Assembly: GCA_965233865.1 (NCBI GenBank)
Contig: OZ247587.1
Coordinates: 832,001-896,000 of the forward strand
DNA: 64,000 bases
Source: Candidatus Neptunichlamydia sp.
GTDB lineage: Bacteria; Chlamydiota; Chlamydiia; Chlamydiales; Simkaniaceae
Reading direction: 5' to 3'
How positions within the stretch are numbered: the first letter of the stretch is position 1; the number at the start of each line of letters is the position of its first letter. Below the pieces are notes generated by a model, which saw only the letters and a list, made by a program, of their open reading frames with translations, searched no databases and was not told the DNA's origin. Below, piece by piece: positions 39,339-49,821 of the stretch. The position numbers and the translations under genes are program-made.

Positions 39339-39459
39339 TACCATTCAACCCCAATTGGGGAGGAATCCCTTCTATCAGTAATAAAAGGGGGGAATTCCTT
39401 TTCAAAGCATTCTGCGGCACTTCTAAGGGCGTTTTATACCTATTTGATTTGGCAGGCGT

Positions 39460-41499
39460 TTAGTATGTGGAGAGAGTTCGGATGGCACTCTCGAGGTCTC
39501 CCTTTTGAGGGAGAACGACATCTTCTAATTGTTTGGCGTAAGGAACGCAGGTATTCTTGCCACCAAGGCGCTTAAGAGGTGCATCAAGAAGTTCAAAAGC
39601 CTGCTCCGAAATTTGAGCAGCAACTTCGGCACCAAACCCGCACATCACAGGGGCTTCATGCACAATCAATACTTTGCTTGTTTTCTCGATTGAAGTTATA
39701 ACAGTCTCAATATCAAGAGGTACGATCGTTCGAAGATCAATAATTTCAACGGAAATTCCTTCGCCTTCAAGTTTTTGTGCCACTTCTGAGGCCATATGAA
39801 CCATGAGTCCCCAAGCGACAAGGGTGACATCCGTTCCTTCGTGAACAATAGAAGCTTTGGCAAGAGGGATGATTTCATCTTTTGTCGGTTCAGGTTTTGC
39901 AGAGAACACGCGCTGGCGATAGAGTGCTTTGTGTTCAAGGAAAATGACAGGATTAGGATCTCGAATGGCACTTTTTAAAAGCATCTTTGCATCAGCTGCG
40001 TTGCTAGGCATCACAACTTTAAGACCAGGGCAATGAGCCAAAAAGGCTTCTATATTTTGTGAATGGTAGGGACCTCCCTGGATGTATCCACCAGAGGGCA
40101 TGCGGATCACAATGGGACAGTTCCATTCACCATTTGCACGGTAACTAAAGCTGGCAAGTTCGTTGTAAAGCTGGTTAAACCCGGTCCAGATATAGTCAGC
40201 AAACTGAATTTCTACGACAGGTTTAAAGTGGCTATGAACAGAAAGACCTATAGCTGTTCCAACGATCGTGGACTCTGCAAGTGGGGTGTTAAAACACCGT
40301 TCTTCACCATATTTATCTGTTAAGCCTCGGGTGATTCCAAAAACTCCCCCCTTTCCGCGAGCAACATCTTGCCCAAAAACAATGACGCCAGAATCCTTTT
40401 CCATTTCTTCGTCTATAGCATGATTGATCGCATCCATAATCACAACGCTTTCACCCCTCTTTTCTGGAGTTTCATTAAACGCGGTGTCAACATCTTTGTA
40501 AATATGATCAAGGACTCGCTCGGGATCTTGAAGAGGAAACTCCTCTCCTTCTATGGCCGCGGTTTCAATCTCTTCTTGAATCTTTTCGCGAAGCGTTTCA
40601 ATCTCTTCTTGAATGAGTATATTGTTTTTAAGTAGGTAATCTTCAAGACGAGGAATCGGATCACGCGCAACATCATCTGCAAAGTGATCATCGGTTTTAT
40701 ATTTTTTTGGATCGTCGCTACTGCTATGGGCTCCAAGACGGGGAACCTTCGCAACAATAAGAGTGGGCCCCTCTAACTTGCGCCCCTTTTGAACAGCAGC
40801 ATGAAGTACCTTTGATACGGCCTCATAATCGCATCCATCGATTTCATGAACGGTTAGATTAGTGTATCCCTTCGCCATGTGCGCGATAGAGCCTCCTGCT
40901 GTCTGATCTTCAACAGGAACAGAAATCGCCCATCCATTATCCTGGATCACAAAGATCACTCCTAGCTTGTGAAGACATGAATAGTTTAGGGCTTCATGGA
41001 AATCCCCTTGCGAGGTAGATCCATCGCCACCAGACACGTAAACAACCTCATCCGTTCCAGCGAGTCGAGAAGCTTTGGCCACACCAGCTGCTTGTAGAAA
41101 CTGAGAACCGACAACACTTGATTGACACGGAATACGGAGCTGCTTATGGGAGAAATGGTCGGGCATCATGCGTCCCCCAGAGTGGTGGGGAACTTCTCTG
41201 GCTAAGAAAGCACCAAATATTTCACTGAGATCGCATCCAAGGCCAATGGCGAAGGCGCGGTCGCGATAGTAAGGAAAACCCCAATCTTTTCCGGCAGTGA
41301 GGGCATGGCCAGACATAACACCAATAAGTTCATGGCCACCCGTATATAGGTGGAAAGTTCCTCCCTTATTTTGCCGAACAAGCTTCTGCATTTTCTCATC
41401 CATGAAGCGTGCACGATAGATGTCCTCAAGCGCGCTATAACACCTTTTTTTGGAAGCAAGATCAAGAAGCTCTAGCATGGGCATGGTTGTGACCATCAC
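39460..41499 (-). CDS. 2-oxoacid (branched-chain) dehydrogenase E1 alpha/beta fusion
   Basis: GDGSTSQGDFHEALN, HSSSDD, FNTPLAE, GGPYHSQ, EHKALY. Confidence 0.93.
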   Translation of the reverse strand: MMVTTMPMLELLDLASKKRCYSALEDIYRARFMDEKMQKLVRQNKGGTFHLYTGGHELIGVMSGHALTAGKDWGFPYYRDRAFAIGLGCDLSEIFGAFLAREVPHHSGGRMMPDHFSHKQLRIPCQSSVVGSQFLQAAGVAKASRLAGTDEVVYVSGGDGSTSQGDFHEALNYSCLHKLGVIFVIQDNGWAISVPVEDQTAGGSIAHMAKGYTNLTVHEIDGCDYEAVSKVLHAAVQKGRKLEGPTLIVAKVPRLGAHSSSDDPKKYKTDDHFADDVARDPIPRLEDYLLKNNILIQEEIETLREKIQEEIETAAIEGEEFPLQDPERVLDHIYKDVDTAFNETPEKRGESVVIMDAINHAIDEEMEKDSGVIVFGQDVARGKGGVFGITRGLTDKYGEERCFNTPLAESTIVGTAIGLSVHSHFKPVVEIQFADYIWTGFNQLYNELASFSYRANGEWNCPIVIRMPSGGYIQGGPYHSQNIEAFLAHCPGLKVVMPSNAADAKMLLKSAIRDPNPVIFLEHKALYRQRVFSAKPEPTKDEIIPLAKASIVHEGTDVTLVAWGLMVHMASEVAQKLEGEGISVEIIDLRTIVPLDIETVITSIEKTSKVLIVHEAPVMCGFGAEVAAQISEQAFELLDAPLKRLGGKNTCVPYAKQLEDVVLPQKGDLESAIRTLSTY

Positions 41500-42614
41500 T
41501 CATCGTCCTTCTTTTTCTTGCCTTTTGTCATAGGAGTCACCTGTTTGATCCCTGCTTGACGCTTTTTCTGCATCATCTCTTGAATCTCTCCTTTATCTGT
41601 AGGCTGCTTCTCTTTTTCCTTAGGGAGAAACCCTTTTGCGATGTTGGAAATCTTTCCTTTTTCAGGATCTACCCCTTGTTGACTTACAGCTTGAATCATT
41701 TTTTCTTCCGATTCAATGCTGATCGCAGAAGAGCTCTTGAGTCGATCTGACAGGTGACGGAGCGATTCAAGACGCTGAGATAAAGCTTCGAGTTTTGTAT
41801 CAATCTTCACGCGTGAGCTTCCTCGAAGGCTTGCAATAAGCTGAGCTTCTGTATCAAATTTCGCAGAGAAGGTCACCGCAGTACTGGTAAAGTCAGGGTT
41901 AAATTGAAAGGGGCGCATAGCAGGAGGAACTGTCATATAGATATCAAGGGTATACTGGGGTTCAAGCTCTACTTTTTGCGCTTGCTTCGGAGGACGTCCT
42001 CGTTTAGGGCGAGGGTTCAATGCCTCATTAGAATAATAGATCTTTGATTTTGTGGTGATTGCATCACGAGCACCTTGAATTTCTTTTGAAACTTTTACTT
42101 CGAAAAGGTTATGCCTCACTTTCTCTAAGATTGGCTTGACGATATCAAGATCTTCTTCAAATGCAAATTGAATCGACTCTTGGCGCAGCCATTCGATAAT
42201 ACGAATCCGAGAACGTTCGTGATAATACTGCTGCCACTTTTCGAGCTCGGTTAGGTGATCATAAATGAATTCGAGAAAATTTTCCCGCGACTCTTTAGAC
42301 CCGATGATATCTAGAAGTTTTTCCTTTGTGTCGATGTCGTAAACCTTTTCATTCACAAACCCTTCCATAAACTTCTTGGTTTCATAATAGGTCATCTTCG
42401 GAAGAAGGCGATATCTCTCTTGATTTTTTTGAAGTTCTTTCTCTAGGCGATCAAGTTCTTCAGAATTTTTGTCGAGGTCTGCGAACACCAAAAAACCTTC
42501 TAAAGTGTCGAGATAAAAGTCTCTCTCATCATCGGACTTTGCAAAGGCGTCCATTAGTCTGTGGAACCGGAGAATAAGAGGGTTTTGTGCTTCTTGTTGT
42601 TTCTGCTTTACCAT
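41496..42614 (-). CDS. UPF0158-family chlamydial protein
   Basis: AFAKSDDERDFYLD, FVNEKVYDIDTKEKLL, RPKRGRPPK. Confidence 0.85.
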   Translation of the reverse strand: MVKQKQQEAQNPLILRFHRLMDAFAKSDDERDFYLDTLEGFLVFADLDKNSEELDRLEKELQKNQERYRLLPKMTYYETKKFMEGFVNEKVYDIDTKEKLLDIIGSKESRENFLEFIYDHLTELEKWQQYYHERSRIRIIEWLRQESIQFAFEEDLDIVKPILEKVRHNLFEVKVSKEIQGARDAITTKSKIYYSNEALNPRPKRGRPPKQAQKVELEPQYTLDIYMTVPPAMRPFQFNPDFTSTAVTFSAKFDTEAQLIASLRGSSRVKIDTKLEALSQRLESLRHLSDRLKSSSAISIESEEKMIQAVSQQGVDPEKGKISNIAKGFLPKEKEKQPTDKGEIQEMMQKKRQAGIKQVTPMTKGKKKKDDE

Positions 42615-42722
42615 TGGAACTGCTCAATAAAAATTTAAATGAAGGAAGAACCTATGGTATCAACAAATTCCCTATCTTTCAAGTAGGAAATGATGTATAT
42701 CCTCTGAGGAAAGGAACTAGGT

Positions 42723-43994
42723 ATGCTTGACATCAAACTCATACGTGGCAATCCCACGGAAATCGAAAAAAAACTTCAAACAAAAGATCCTGAAGCAAGC
42801 TTAAAAAAAATCTTAAGTTTTGATGAAGAGATTCGCGCACTTAAGGCTGAAAGCGAAGAGCTTAAAACGGGCCGCAATCAAAGCGCTAAAGAAATTGGGA
42901 AACTCAAAAGAAAAGGAGAAGATACTACCAATCTTTTGAAAACAATAGAAGGTGTAAAAGAAAAAATTTCAACCCTCGACCACAAACTTTCTGAGCTTGA
43001 AGAGCAATTGAATTTTGAACTAGGATGCCTTCCCAATCTCCCGGCTGATGATATCAAGGCTTCTCTTGACCCACAAGAAAATGTTTTAATCAAGTCTGTT
43101 GGCACAAAACCTTTTTTTTCCTTTCAACCTAAAAACCACATGGAACTCAATGAAAAGCTCCAGCTGTTTGATTTCAAAAGGGGAGCGAAAATTGGAGGAA
43201 GTGGCTGGCCCTCTTACCGCGGCATGGGTGCTCGCCTAGAGTGGGCTCTCATTAATTTTATGATCGACACCCACGTTTCAAACGGTTTTGAGCAGTGGAT
43301 GCTCCCCTTAGTCGGCCGCCCCGATATCTTATTTGGATCCGCTCATCTTCCAAAGTTTGAAGATCAACTTTTTAAGCTCCAAGATAAAGACCATCACCTC
43401 TACATGATCCCCACTTCTGAAGCAGTCCTCAACGGAATTCACTACGATGAAATCCTTGACGCTGATACTCTCCCTCTCAAATACACCTCTTACTCCCCAT
43501 GTTTTAGAAAGGAAGCAGGTGCTGCAGGCTCTCAAGAAAGAGGACTTATCCGCACGCACCAATTCAACAAGGTGGAAATGTTCTGCGTTACCCACCCTGA
43601 AGAAAGTCAAAAAATCTATGATCTAATGGTTCAAAGTGCTGAAGAAATTCTTCTTGCGCTTGGAGTTCACTACCGCTCTATGCTTCTTGTCACAGGTGAT
43701 ATGTCTTTTGCTTCTTCAAAAACAATTGACTTGGAAGTTTGGCTCCCTGGACAAGACCGTTATTATGAAGTCTCTTCGATTTCTAACTGTACTGATTTTC
43801 AGGCGCGCAGATCGCGCATACGCTTCAAAAAAGGGAACGAAAAACCTGAATTTGTCCACACTCTGAATGGATCTGGCCTTGCTACTTCCCGGCTGATGGT
43901 TGCTCTTTTGGAAAACAATCAACAAGAGGACGGTTCAGTGGTGATTCCAACCATCCTCCATAAATACTTGGATGGAATGCACGCCCTAACTTAA
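42723..43994 (+). CDS. serS: Serine--tRNA ligase
   Basis: MLDIKLIR, PTSE, CFRKEAG, HQFNKVE, SNCTDFQARR, TLNGSGLA. Confidence 0.98.
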   Translation: MLDIKLIRGNPTEIEKKLQTKDPEASLKKILSFDEEIRALKAESEELKTGRNQSAKEIGKLKRKGEDTTNLLKTIEGVKEKISTLDHKLSELEEQLNFELGCLPNLPADDIKASLDPQENVLIKSVGTKPFFSFQPKNHMELNEKLQLFDFKRGAKIGGSGWPSYRGMGARLEWALINFMIDTHVSNGFEQWMLPLVGRPDILFGSAHLPKFEDQLFKLQDKDHHLYMIPTSEAVLNGIHYDEILDADTLPLKYTSYSPCFRKEAGAAGSQERGLIRTHQFNKVEMFCVTHPEESQKIYDLMVQSAEEILLALGVHYRSMLLVTGDMSFASSKTIDLEVWLPGQDRYYEVSSISNCTDFQARRSRIRFKKGNEKPEFVHTLNGSGLATSRLMVALLENNQQEDGSVVIPTILHKYLDGMHALT

Positions 43995-44605
43995 CCCATA
44001 AAATGAGATAATGTGTTAAAAAAGCCATTATCAATCCGTTCTTGTAATTCCTTCTCATCTTTGGAACTATCAATTATAGTGCCTATAATCGTTCCCATAT
44101 CGCGAAAAGACTGGGTTTGATCAGCAGAGGTCACCAGTCTAAACAGCGTACATTTTGCGAGAGCTCGGTTCGCTAAATCACCAACATGTGCAATAAACAT
44201 TTCTTTATCAATTTCTCTCTCTCCACTTTTTTCAAAAAAGAAAAATTCTTCAAGAATTGCGTCTTTAGCTTGCCACATCTGAAAAGTAAAGTAGGCGGAG
44301 CCGACCATCGTAGCCTTACAGATCCAACTAATGGGCCAGGGCATCACTTTCGATGCCAAATAGCAACCAATCGTAACCGCTACCCCTGTGACTTCTAGAG
44401 TCTGTACAGGCTGCAGAATGTCAAGTACAATATTCTTAATTTCTTTTGCTGTAGGATTTTCTTTTTGATTCTTATATTTTACAAGAACACTTTTCCCATG
44501 CAGTTTGAGAGCTTCTTGGGCTTCTTGAGGACTCGAATTTAGTGACTTCCATGCTTGCAAACCTTTATTGGTCACCCAACCAGTAAAAACTGCCATATTT
44601 TCCAT
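43991..44605 (-). CDS. Hypothetical protein with bilobed hydrophobic hairpin (Inc-like)
   Basis: GAGGA SD plus ATG 44605; LEVTGVAVTIGCYLASKVMPWPISWICKATMVGSAYFTF. Confidence 0.6.
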   Translation of the reverse strand: MENMAVFTGWVTNKGLQAWKSLNSSPQEAQEALKLHGKSVLVKYKNQKENPTAKEIKNIVLDILQPVQTLEVTGVAVTIGCYLASKVMPWPISWICKATMVGSAYFTFQMWQAKDAILEEFFFFEKSGEREIDKEMFIAHVGDLANRALAKCTLFRLVTSADQTQSFRDMGTIIGTIIDSSKDEKELQERIDNGFFNTLSHFMG

Positions 44606-44691
44606 TGATTGTTCCTCTTGTTTCGAATTGAAGAGGTTTGATTTTAAATTTTCCTTAGATAAAAGAAAAGATTTTTGTACAATGCAAAGAT

Positions 44692-45966
44692 ATGACATAT
44701 GATGCACTCAAAGACCTCCTCCGTTTTTTAGGGGATAGTCCTACAGCGTGGCATGCAACCCTCGAAATTGGGAACCGCTTAGCGCAACAGGACTACACTC
44801 CACTTGACGAACAAGAAAAATGGGATCTCAAACCCGGGAGTGCCTACTTTGTCGAAAGAGGTGGCTCGATCTGTGCATTTGTTTTACCAAGACAATCTCC
44901 AAAGAAAACAACTATCCTTGCTTCTCATACCGATAGTCCCGCACTTAAACTGAAGCCAAACCCTGTCTTTATTGATGAAGGACTCCCTTTCCTCCGCGTT
45001 GAAACTTATGGAAGCCCTATTCTAAGTACATGGATGAACCGCGACCTGGTGATTGCAGGACGTCTGCTTCTTTCAAAGGGCGACACCATTGATCAGCAAC
45101 TAGTTCTCCTAGACCACGCTCCTGTGATGATTCCAAGCCTTGCAATCCATTTAGATCGTGATACGAATGAAAAGCCAAAAAAAATTGATAAGCAACACCA
45201 CCTCTGCCCTCTTCTAGGGATCCACGGAAAACATCGAGAACCGGGGAAAATCTTTGAACAGCTCACTGGAATCAAACAAAACGAACTATTAGGCGCCGAT
45301 CTGTACCTTATCCCTGATGAAAAGCCCCGTCTCACTGGAATTACAAGCGATCTAGTAAGCTCTTACCGCCTCGATAACCTGGCTAGTGCACACGCCTCTC
45401 TCCTTGCCCTTTTAGGGGCTGAAAAACACCCAAAAAGCACCATTCAAATGGCGATTTTCTGGAATCATGAGGAGATTGGGTCTGGAACAGATGAAGGGGC
45501 AAGTTCTCCTTTTTTTATCGATATTCTTAAACGCATCTCCCTCTCCTACAAAATGGGAGAAGAAGATTTTCTCAGGATGAAGCAAGGATCTCATTTTGTA
45601 TCGATCGATATGGCCCACGCTTTCCACCCTAGATATAAAAGCAGGTACGATAAAGAAAATGCTCCCAAAATTGGTGGTGGTGTTGTGATTAAGTACAATG
45701 CAAATCACCGCTATGCAACTTCAGGACTTACAGCAGCCCAAATTGTGAAACTATGCCAGAAGAAAAATATCCCTCACCAATCGTTTGCCTCGGAATCAAA
45801 CCTTCCTTGTGGAAGCACTGTCGGAGCAATCACTGCTGCCCAAACGGGAATCCAAACAGTTGATATTGGCCTTGCACAGTTTTCCATGCATGCCGCGCGT
45901 GAGCTCATCTCTACATCTGATCACCTTGAGCTTTGCAAACTTCTCAAAAATATTCTAGAGAACTAG
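44692..45966 (+). CDS. M18-family (aspartyl) aminopeptidase
   Basis: SPTAWHA, HTDSP, RLDNL, HEEIGS, DMAHAFHP, CGSTVG, SMHAARE. Confidence 0.93.
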   Translation: MTYDALKDLLRFLGDSPTAWHATLEIGNRLAQQDYTPLDEQEKWDLKPGSAYFVERGGSICAFVLPRQSPKKTTILASHTDSPALKLKPNPVFIDEGLPFLRVETYGSPILSTWMNRDLVIAGRLLLSKGDTIDQQLVLLDHAPVMIPSLAIHLDRDTNEKPKKIDKQHHLCPLLGIHGKHREPGKIFEQLTGIKQNELLGADLYLIPDEKPRLTGITSDLVSSYRLDNLASAHASLLALLGAEKHPKSTIQMAIFWNHEEIGSGTDEGASSPFFIDILKRISLSYKMGEEDFLRMKQGSHFVSIDMAHAFHPRYKSRYDKENAPKIGGGVVIKYNANHRYATSGLTAAQIVKLCQKKNIPHQSFASESNLPCGSTVGAITAAQTGIQTVDIGLAQFSMHAARELISTSDHLELCKLLKNILEN

Positions 45967-46003
45967 GTTCTGTTGAGAAATTTTTATAAATAGTGTAGAT
46001 TGA
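45966..46003 (+). mobile_element. IS6-like terminal inverted-repeat remnant
   Basis: GGTTCTGTTGAGAAA, matching the IS6 end at 31306 and overlapping the aminopeptidase stop codon. Confidence 0.5.
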
Positions 46004-46230
46004 TATTTAGCTTCCAGATCATCATCTCTTATGCCATTTCTAGCTAAAAAGATGACAAACTCCATGACTTGATTGGTCTGTGCTGCATTGAGCTCTTTTT
46101 CGAGAGTATTTCCATAAGCTACTTCCCAGAAAAAATCTATGATTCTTTGATAGGACAACGTCTCGTAATTGAGCTGTGTTGCGTTATCGTGGATTTGGAG
46201 CTGTGGTGGGATTGAGGGAGTGTAAAATGG
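46004..46230 (-). pseudogene. Internal gene fragment between IS remnants
   Basis: Open frame PFYTPSIPPQLQIHDNATQLNYETLSYQRIIDFFWEVAYG...FVIFLARNGIRDDD with no convincing start of its own. Confidence 0.45.
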
Positions 46231-46302
46231 CTTAAAACTCGATTAAATACAATCTAGCGAGTTTGAGTATAATTAGTTAGGGTTTAATGTGTTTGAGAGT
46301 GT

Positions 46303-46820
46303 TTACCTAAAAGTTGATATCCCTAATTTTTGAAACGCAGTGAATATTTTGGGATCTGAAAGAGCACACCACAACTTAATAGTTGTATCAACCATTTCCT
46401 TTGTTTTAGAAAGCACTTTTGTCTTCCTTGTCATTCTCTCAAGGTGATGGCGAGTGTTACTATTATCCTGCTCGATAGCAGTAGTCCCAGACTTTCCTAT
46501 TACATGCCGAGATTTGGGAAGAACCTTTGCGAAAGCGGGCCAGTCGTCGGTGAAAAATATACACTCTTTTAAATGACTGACTTTATCATAGAGCTTTCGG
46601 AACGTTGCAACGCTACGACGACCGAGCACCCATGCGATAGTTTTTCTTGAAGCACGATCCAAGGCCTTGATGATCCACAATTTGTTTTTTTTGAACCAAT
46701 AAAGTGCCACATCTCATCAAACTCCATTTCCTTAATATTCGAAGGAATTTTAGGCTTATCTATGAGTTCACCTGCTTTGCGTATCCACTTTAATACGGCA
46801 GCTCTTGTAACTCCAAACAA
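46303..46820 (-). mobile_element. IS1-family transposase remnant (5'-truncated)
   Basis: InsA tail EMEFDEMWHFIGSKK, A-rich frameshift window, then InsB KLWIIKALDR...FFTDDW...IEQDNSNTRHHL.R..RKTK. Confidence 0.85.
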
Positions 46821-46901
46821 TTTGTCTATAAAACCATACGATTAGAGATTACAAGCCTAAGATTGTGTTGATCAATATTCATTGTTTGATAGAATGGTAC
46901 C

Positions 46902-47678
46902 ATGACATCAAAAACGCCAAAGCAATCCCACGAACATTTTGAAGGAAAAGATGTTATTGAGCATTTGAAGATTGCCCGAGAAAAAGGCGCCAAAGCAACA
47001 GCAGAATCCCATGGAACCGAAACTCCTGGCCATATCTCTGCTGGGGCAGATAGTGCAAAAGAAACAGCGATCTTTTTTTTGGGAATGTGGATTCTATTTA
47101 GCGCGCTTGGGATCTCCACATCAAAAGCGTTGTGGCTCCTAGGTCTTTTTGCTGCAGGCTGGCTTCTTTGGAAAATAGGAAGAAGCAGTTTGCTTGGATG
47201 GGCCCGTTTGGAGCGCTTGCACCGTTTGATTGAGCAAGAACAATGGGAAATCCAGCATCACCGAGCACAGGAGAAAGAAGAACTCACTGCTATGTATCGA
47301 CAGAAAGGGCTGACAGGAAAACTTCTCGACCAGGTGATTGAAGTACTTATGGCTGATGACAATCGTCTTCTTCGGGTAATGCTTGAAGAAGAGTTGGGCC
47401 TAACGCTTGAATCTTATGAGCATCCTCTAAAACAAGCCGTTGGGGCCGGTATTGGTGTCATCGTTGCAACACTTTGCGCCGGTATTGGATATTTTTTTGG
47501 AGGATTTCTTGGAACAATTTTTGCTTTAGCAATTGTTTTTTCCTCAGCCACTCTTCTTGCGAGCAAACTTGAAGGAAATCAACTTATTAAGTCACTGGTT
47601 TGGAATTTAGCTGTGGGAATACTAGTAATTGGCAGTATTCATCTATGTGCAAAATGGATGGACCATGTCTTCCTCTGA
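46902..47678 (+). CDS. VIT1/CCC1-family metal transporter
   Basis: EQEQWEI...EKEEL.AMY..KG...MLEEELGL cytoplasmic domain plus TMs. Confidence 0.85.
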   Translation: MTSKTPKQSHEHFEGKDVIEHLKIAREKGAKATAESHGTETPGHISAGADSAKETAIFFLGMWILFSALGISTSKALWLLGLFAAGWLLWKIGRSSLLGWARLERLHRLIEQEQWEIQHHRAQEKEELTAMYRQKGLTGKLLDQVIEVLMADDNRLLRVMLEEELGLTLESYEHPLKQAVGAGIGVIVATLCAGIGYFFGGFLGTIFALAIVFSSATLLASKLEGNQLIKSLVWNLAVGILVIGSIHLCAKWMDHVFL

Positions 47679-49605
47679 GTCCCCCTATATCTTTGATGAA
47701 TTTTTTACTTCAGGGCAGGAAGAAAGTATTAGTCCATTCCTAAAAAAGGGATCTCGTGCTTGGGCAAAAAACCTGAGCCTAAAAAGCTCTTTGCTTGCTG
47801 GGTTTTTCCTTCTAAATTCTTTTGTTGCCAAGTTTTTCATGCCAGATCTTTCGCACCTCTTTTTGCTTCTAGTCTATTTTTTAGTCGGAACTCCTGCGCT
47901 ACTCCACACGATTGAAGATATTAAAAACTTAGAAATTAACATCGATGTTTTGATGACACTTGCCGCCTTTCTGTCTTTTTTAATCGGGAGCCAAATGGAG
48001 GGCGGTTTGCTTCTTGTTCTCTTTGCATTTTCTGGAGCGCTAGAAGAATCCGTTTCAAGACGTGCCAAGGGAGCTCTCATTAATTTAAATCATCTTTCTC
48101 CCACAGTCGGAATGGTTATTGGAGAAGATGGAACCCTATTTCAGAAATCTGTGCGAGAAATCAATATAGGAACACGTCTTCTTATACGCGCAGGTGAAGT
48201 TGTCCCTCTCGACGGAAATGTAATCGATGGCTCCTCATTTATAAACCTTGTTCACCTAACGGGGGAAAGTGTCCCTGTTTCCAAGACTCCAGGCGACGCC
48301 GTGCAAGCAGGAAGCCGTAATCTTGATGGAACGTTGACAGTTGAGGTAATGAAAACCAGCGCTGAATCCACCCTTTCCAAAATCATAAAACTGATTAATG
48401 AAGCGCAAGGAATGAAGCCAAAACTCCAACGCTTTTTAGATAAGTTTGGAAAACGCTATGCAATCACTATTATTTCCCTCTTTTTTATTTTTGCTCTCAC
48501 TCTTCCATGGTTTTTTTCGATTCCCTTCTTGGGAATTGAAGGCTCTCTCTACCGAGCACTCACCTTTTTGATTGCAGCATCTCCTTGCGCTTTAATCATC
48601 GCAACGCCGACAGCCTACCTCAGCTCTATTAGCGCATGCGCACGAAAAGGGGTCTTATTGAAGGGGGGGGTAACACTGGATGCCTTTGCCGCATGCCATA
48701 CCATTGCCTTTGATAAAACAGGAACACTCACAACAGGAAAGCTCACCTGTACAGGGATCGAACCTATTGGCTCGGTTTCCTATTCTATTGATGCTGCCAT
48801 TAGTGTTGCAAGTGCTCTAGAGCGTCACGTCACACACCCTATGGCCGAAGCCATCTGCATCTATGCAGATGGAAAGAAGATCCAACCAACGACTCTTACC
48901 CATTTTCAATCGGTTCCAGGGTTTGGCCTAAAGGGGTGCGCAAAACTTGACGGAAAAAGTGTTGAAGTGAAGATCGGGAACGAAGCCTTTATCTCTCCAG
49001 ATAAACCTTTAGATAAGAAAGGGGAAATGATCTCCTTCTTGCAGATAGGTGAATCTCTTTTTGATTTCCGCTTCTTTGATACTCTGCGCCCTGAAGTGAA
49101 AAAGGTTCTGGCAGCCTTCAAAGAAAAAAACTTGGAAGTAGTAATGCTCACTGGAGATCATGCAGAAAGTGCACATGCTGTTGCAAAAAAACTTGGTATT
49201 GATCAAGTTTATGCCGATCTGCGCCCTGAACACAAGCTTGAAACTGTTTCTAAGCTTTCTGCAGAGAAACATCTTGCAATGGTAGGAGATGGAATCAACG
49301 ATGCGCCCGCTCTGACCCGTGCAAGCGTCGGAATCTCTATGGGGAAAATCGGTAGTGCCGCTGCCATCGATGCTTCGGACATCGTCCTTCTCCAAGATGA
49401 CCTCCACCTCGTCAGCTGGCTTCATAATAAAGCAAAGAAAACAATGCTCATCGTCCGAGAAAATCTCACTCTTGCGCTCGGTGTCATTATTCTTGCAACA
49501 ACGCCTGCTCTCCTAGGGATTATTCCTCTTTGGCTAGCTGTGATCCTTCATGAAGGAGGCACCGTTCTTGTCGGCCTTAACAGCCTTAGGCTATTGCGCA
49601 AATAA
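47665..49605 (+). CDS. zntA: Heavy-metal P-type ATPase (P1B-4-like)
   Basis: TGES, SPC in TM, DKTGT, HP, GDGINDAP, HEGGT. Confidence 0.92.
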   Translation: MSSSESPYIFDEFFTSGQEESISPFLKKGSRAWAKNLSLKSSLLAGFFLLNSFVAKFFMPDLSHLFLLLVYFLVGTPALLHTIEDIKNLEINIDVLMTLAAFLSFLIGSQMEGGLLLVLFAFSGALEESVSRRAKGALINLNHLSPTVGMVIGEDGTLFQKSVREINIGTRLLIRAGEVVPLDGNVIDGSSFINLVHLTGESVPVSKTPGDAVQAGSRNLDGTLTVEVMKTSAESTLSKIIKLINEAQGMKPKLQRFLDKFGKRYAITIISLFFIFALTLPWFFSIPFLGIEGSLYRALTFLIAASPCALIIATPTAYLSSISACARKGVLLKGGVTLDAFAACHTIAFDKTGTLTTGKLTCTGIEPIGSVSYSIDAAISVASALERHVTHPMAEAICIYADGKKIQPTTLTHFQSVPGFGLKGCAKLDGKSVEVKIGNEAFISPDKPLDKKGEMISFLQIGESLFDFRFFDTLRPEVKKVLAAFKEKNLEVVMLTGDHAESAHAVAKKLGIDQVYADLRPEHKLETVSKLSAEKHLAMVGDGINDAPALTRASVGISMGKIGSAAAIDASDIVLLQDDLHLVSWLHNKAKKTMLIVRENLTLALGVIILATTPALLGIIPLWLAVILHEGGTVLVGLNSLRLLRK

Positions 49606-49821
49606 CTTTGTGCTCTTTGACATCTGAGTATTGAGTGTATTTCGCTCATTTTCAGGTTAACTAAGAGGATTCGATTCATTCCCTTTCTCTATTCTCTATC
49701 TATTTTTCTATTTATCATTTTTGTGGGTTTTGGAAAAAGAAAGGAAATCGTATGGTGAGACTATGGGGGCGTCTGAATCTCGAGGTCACCCCTGTATCCT
49801 GTTGAAGTCAAAAGAGGTGGG

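Noticed and set aside
39460..41499. E1 alpha/beta fusion as a novelty
   Set aside because: Fused E1 subunits are a known, ordinary feature of chlamydiae.
46229..46860. GGCTT...AAGCC as terminal repeats of a larger element around the IS1 remnant
   Set aside because: The match is only about 5 bp, too weak to define ends.
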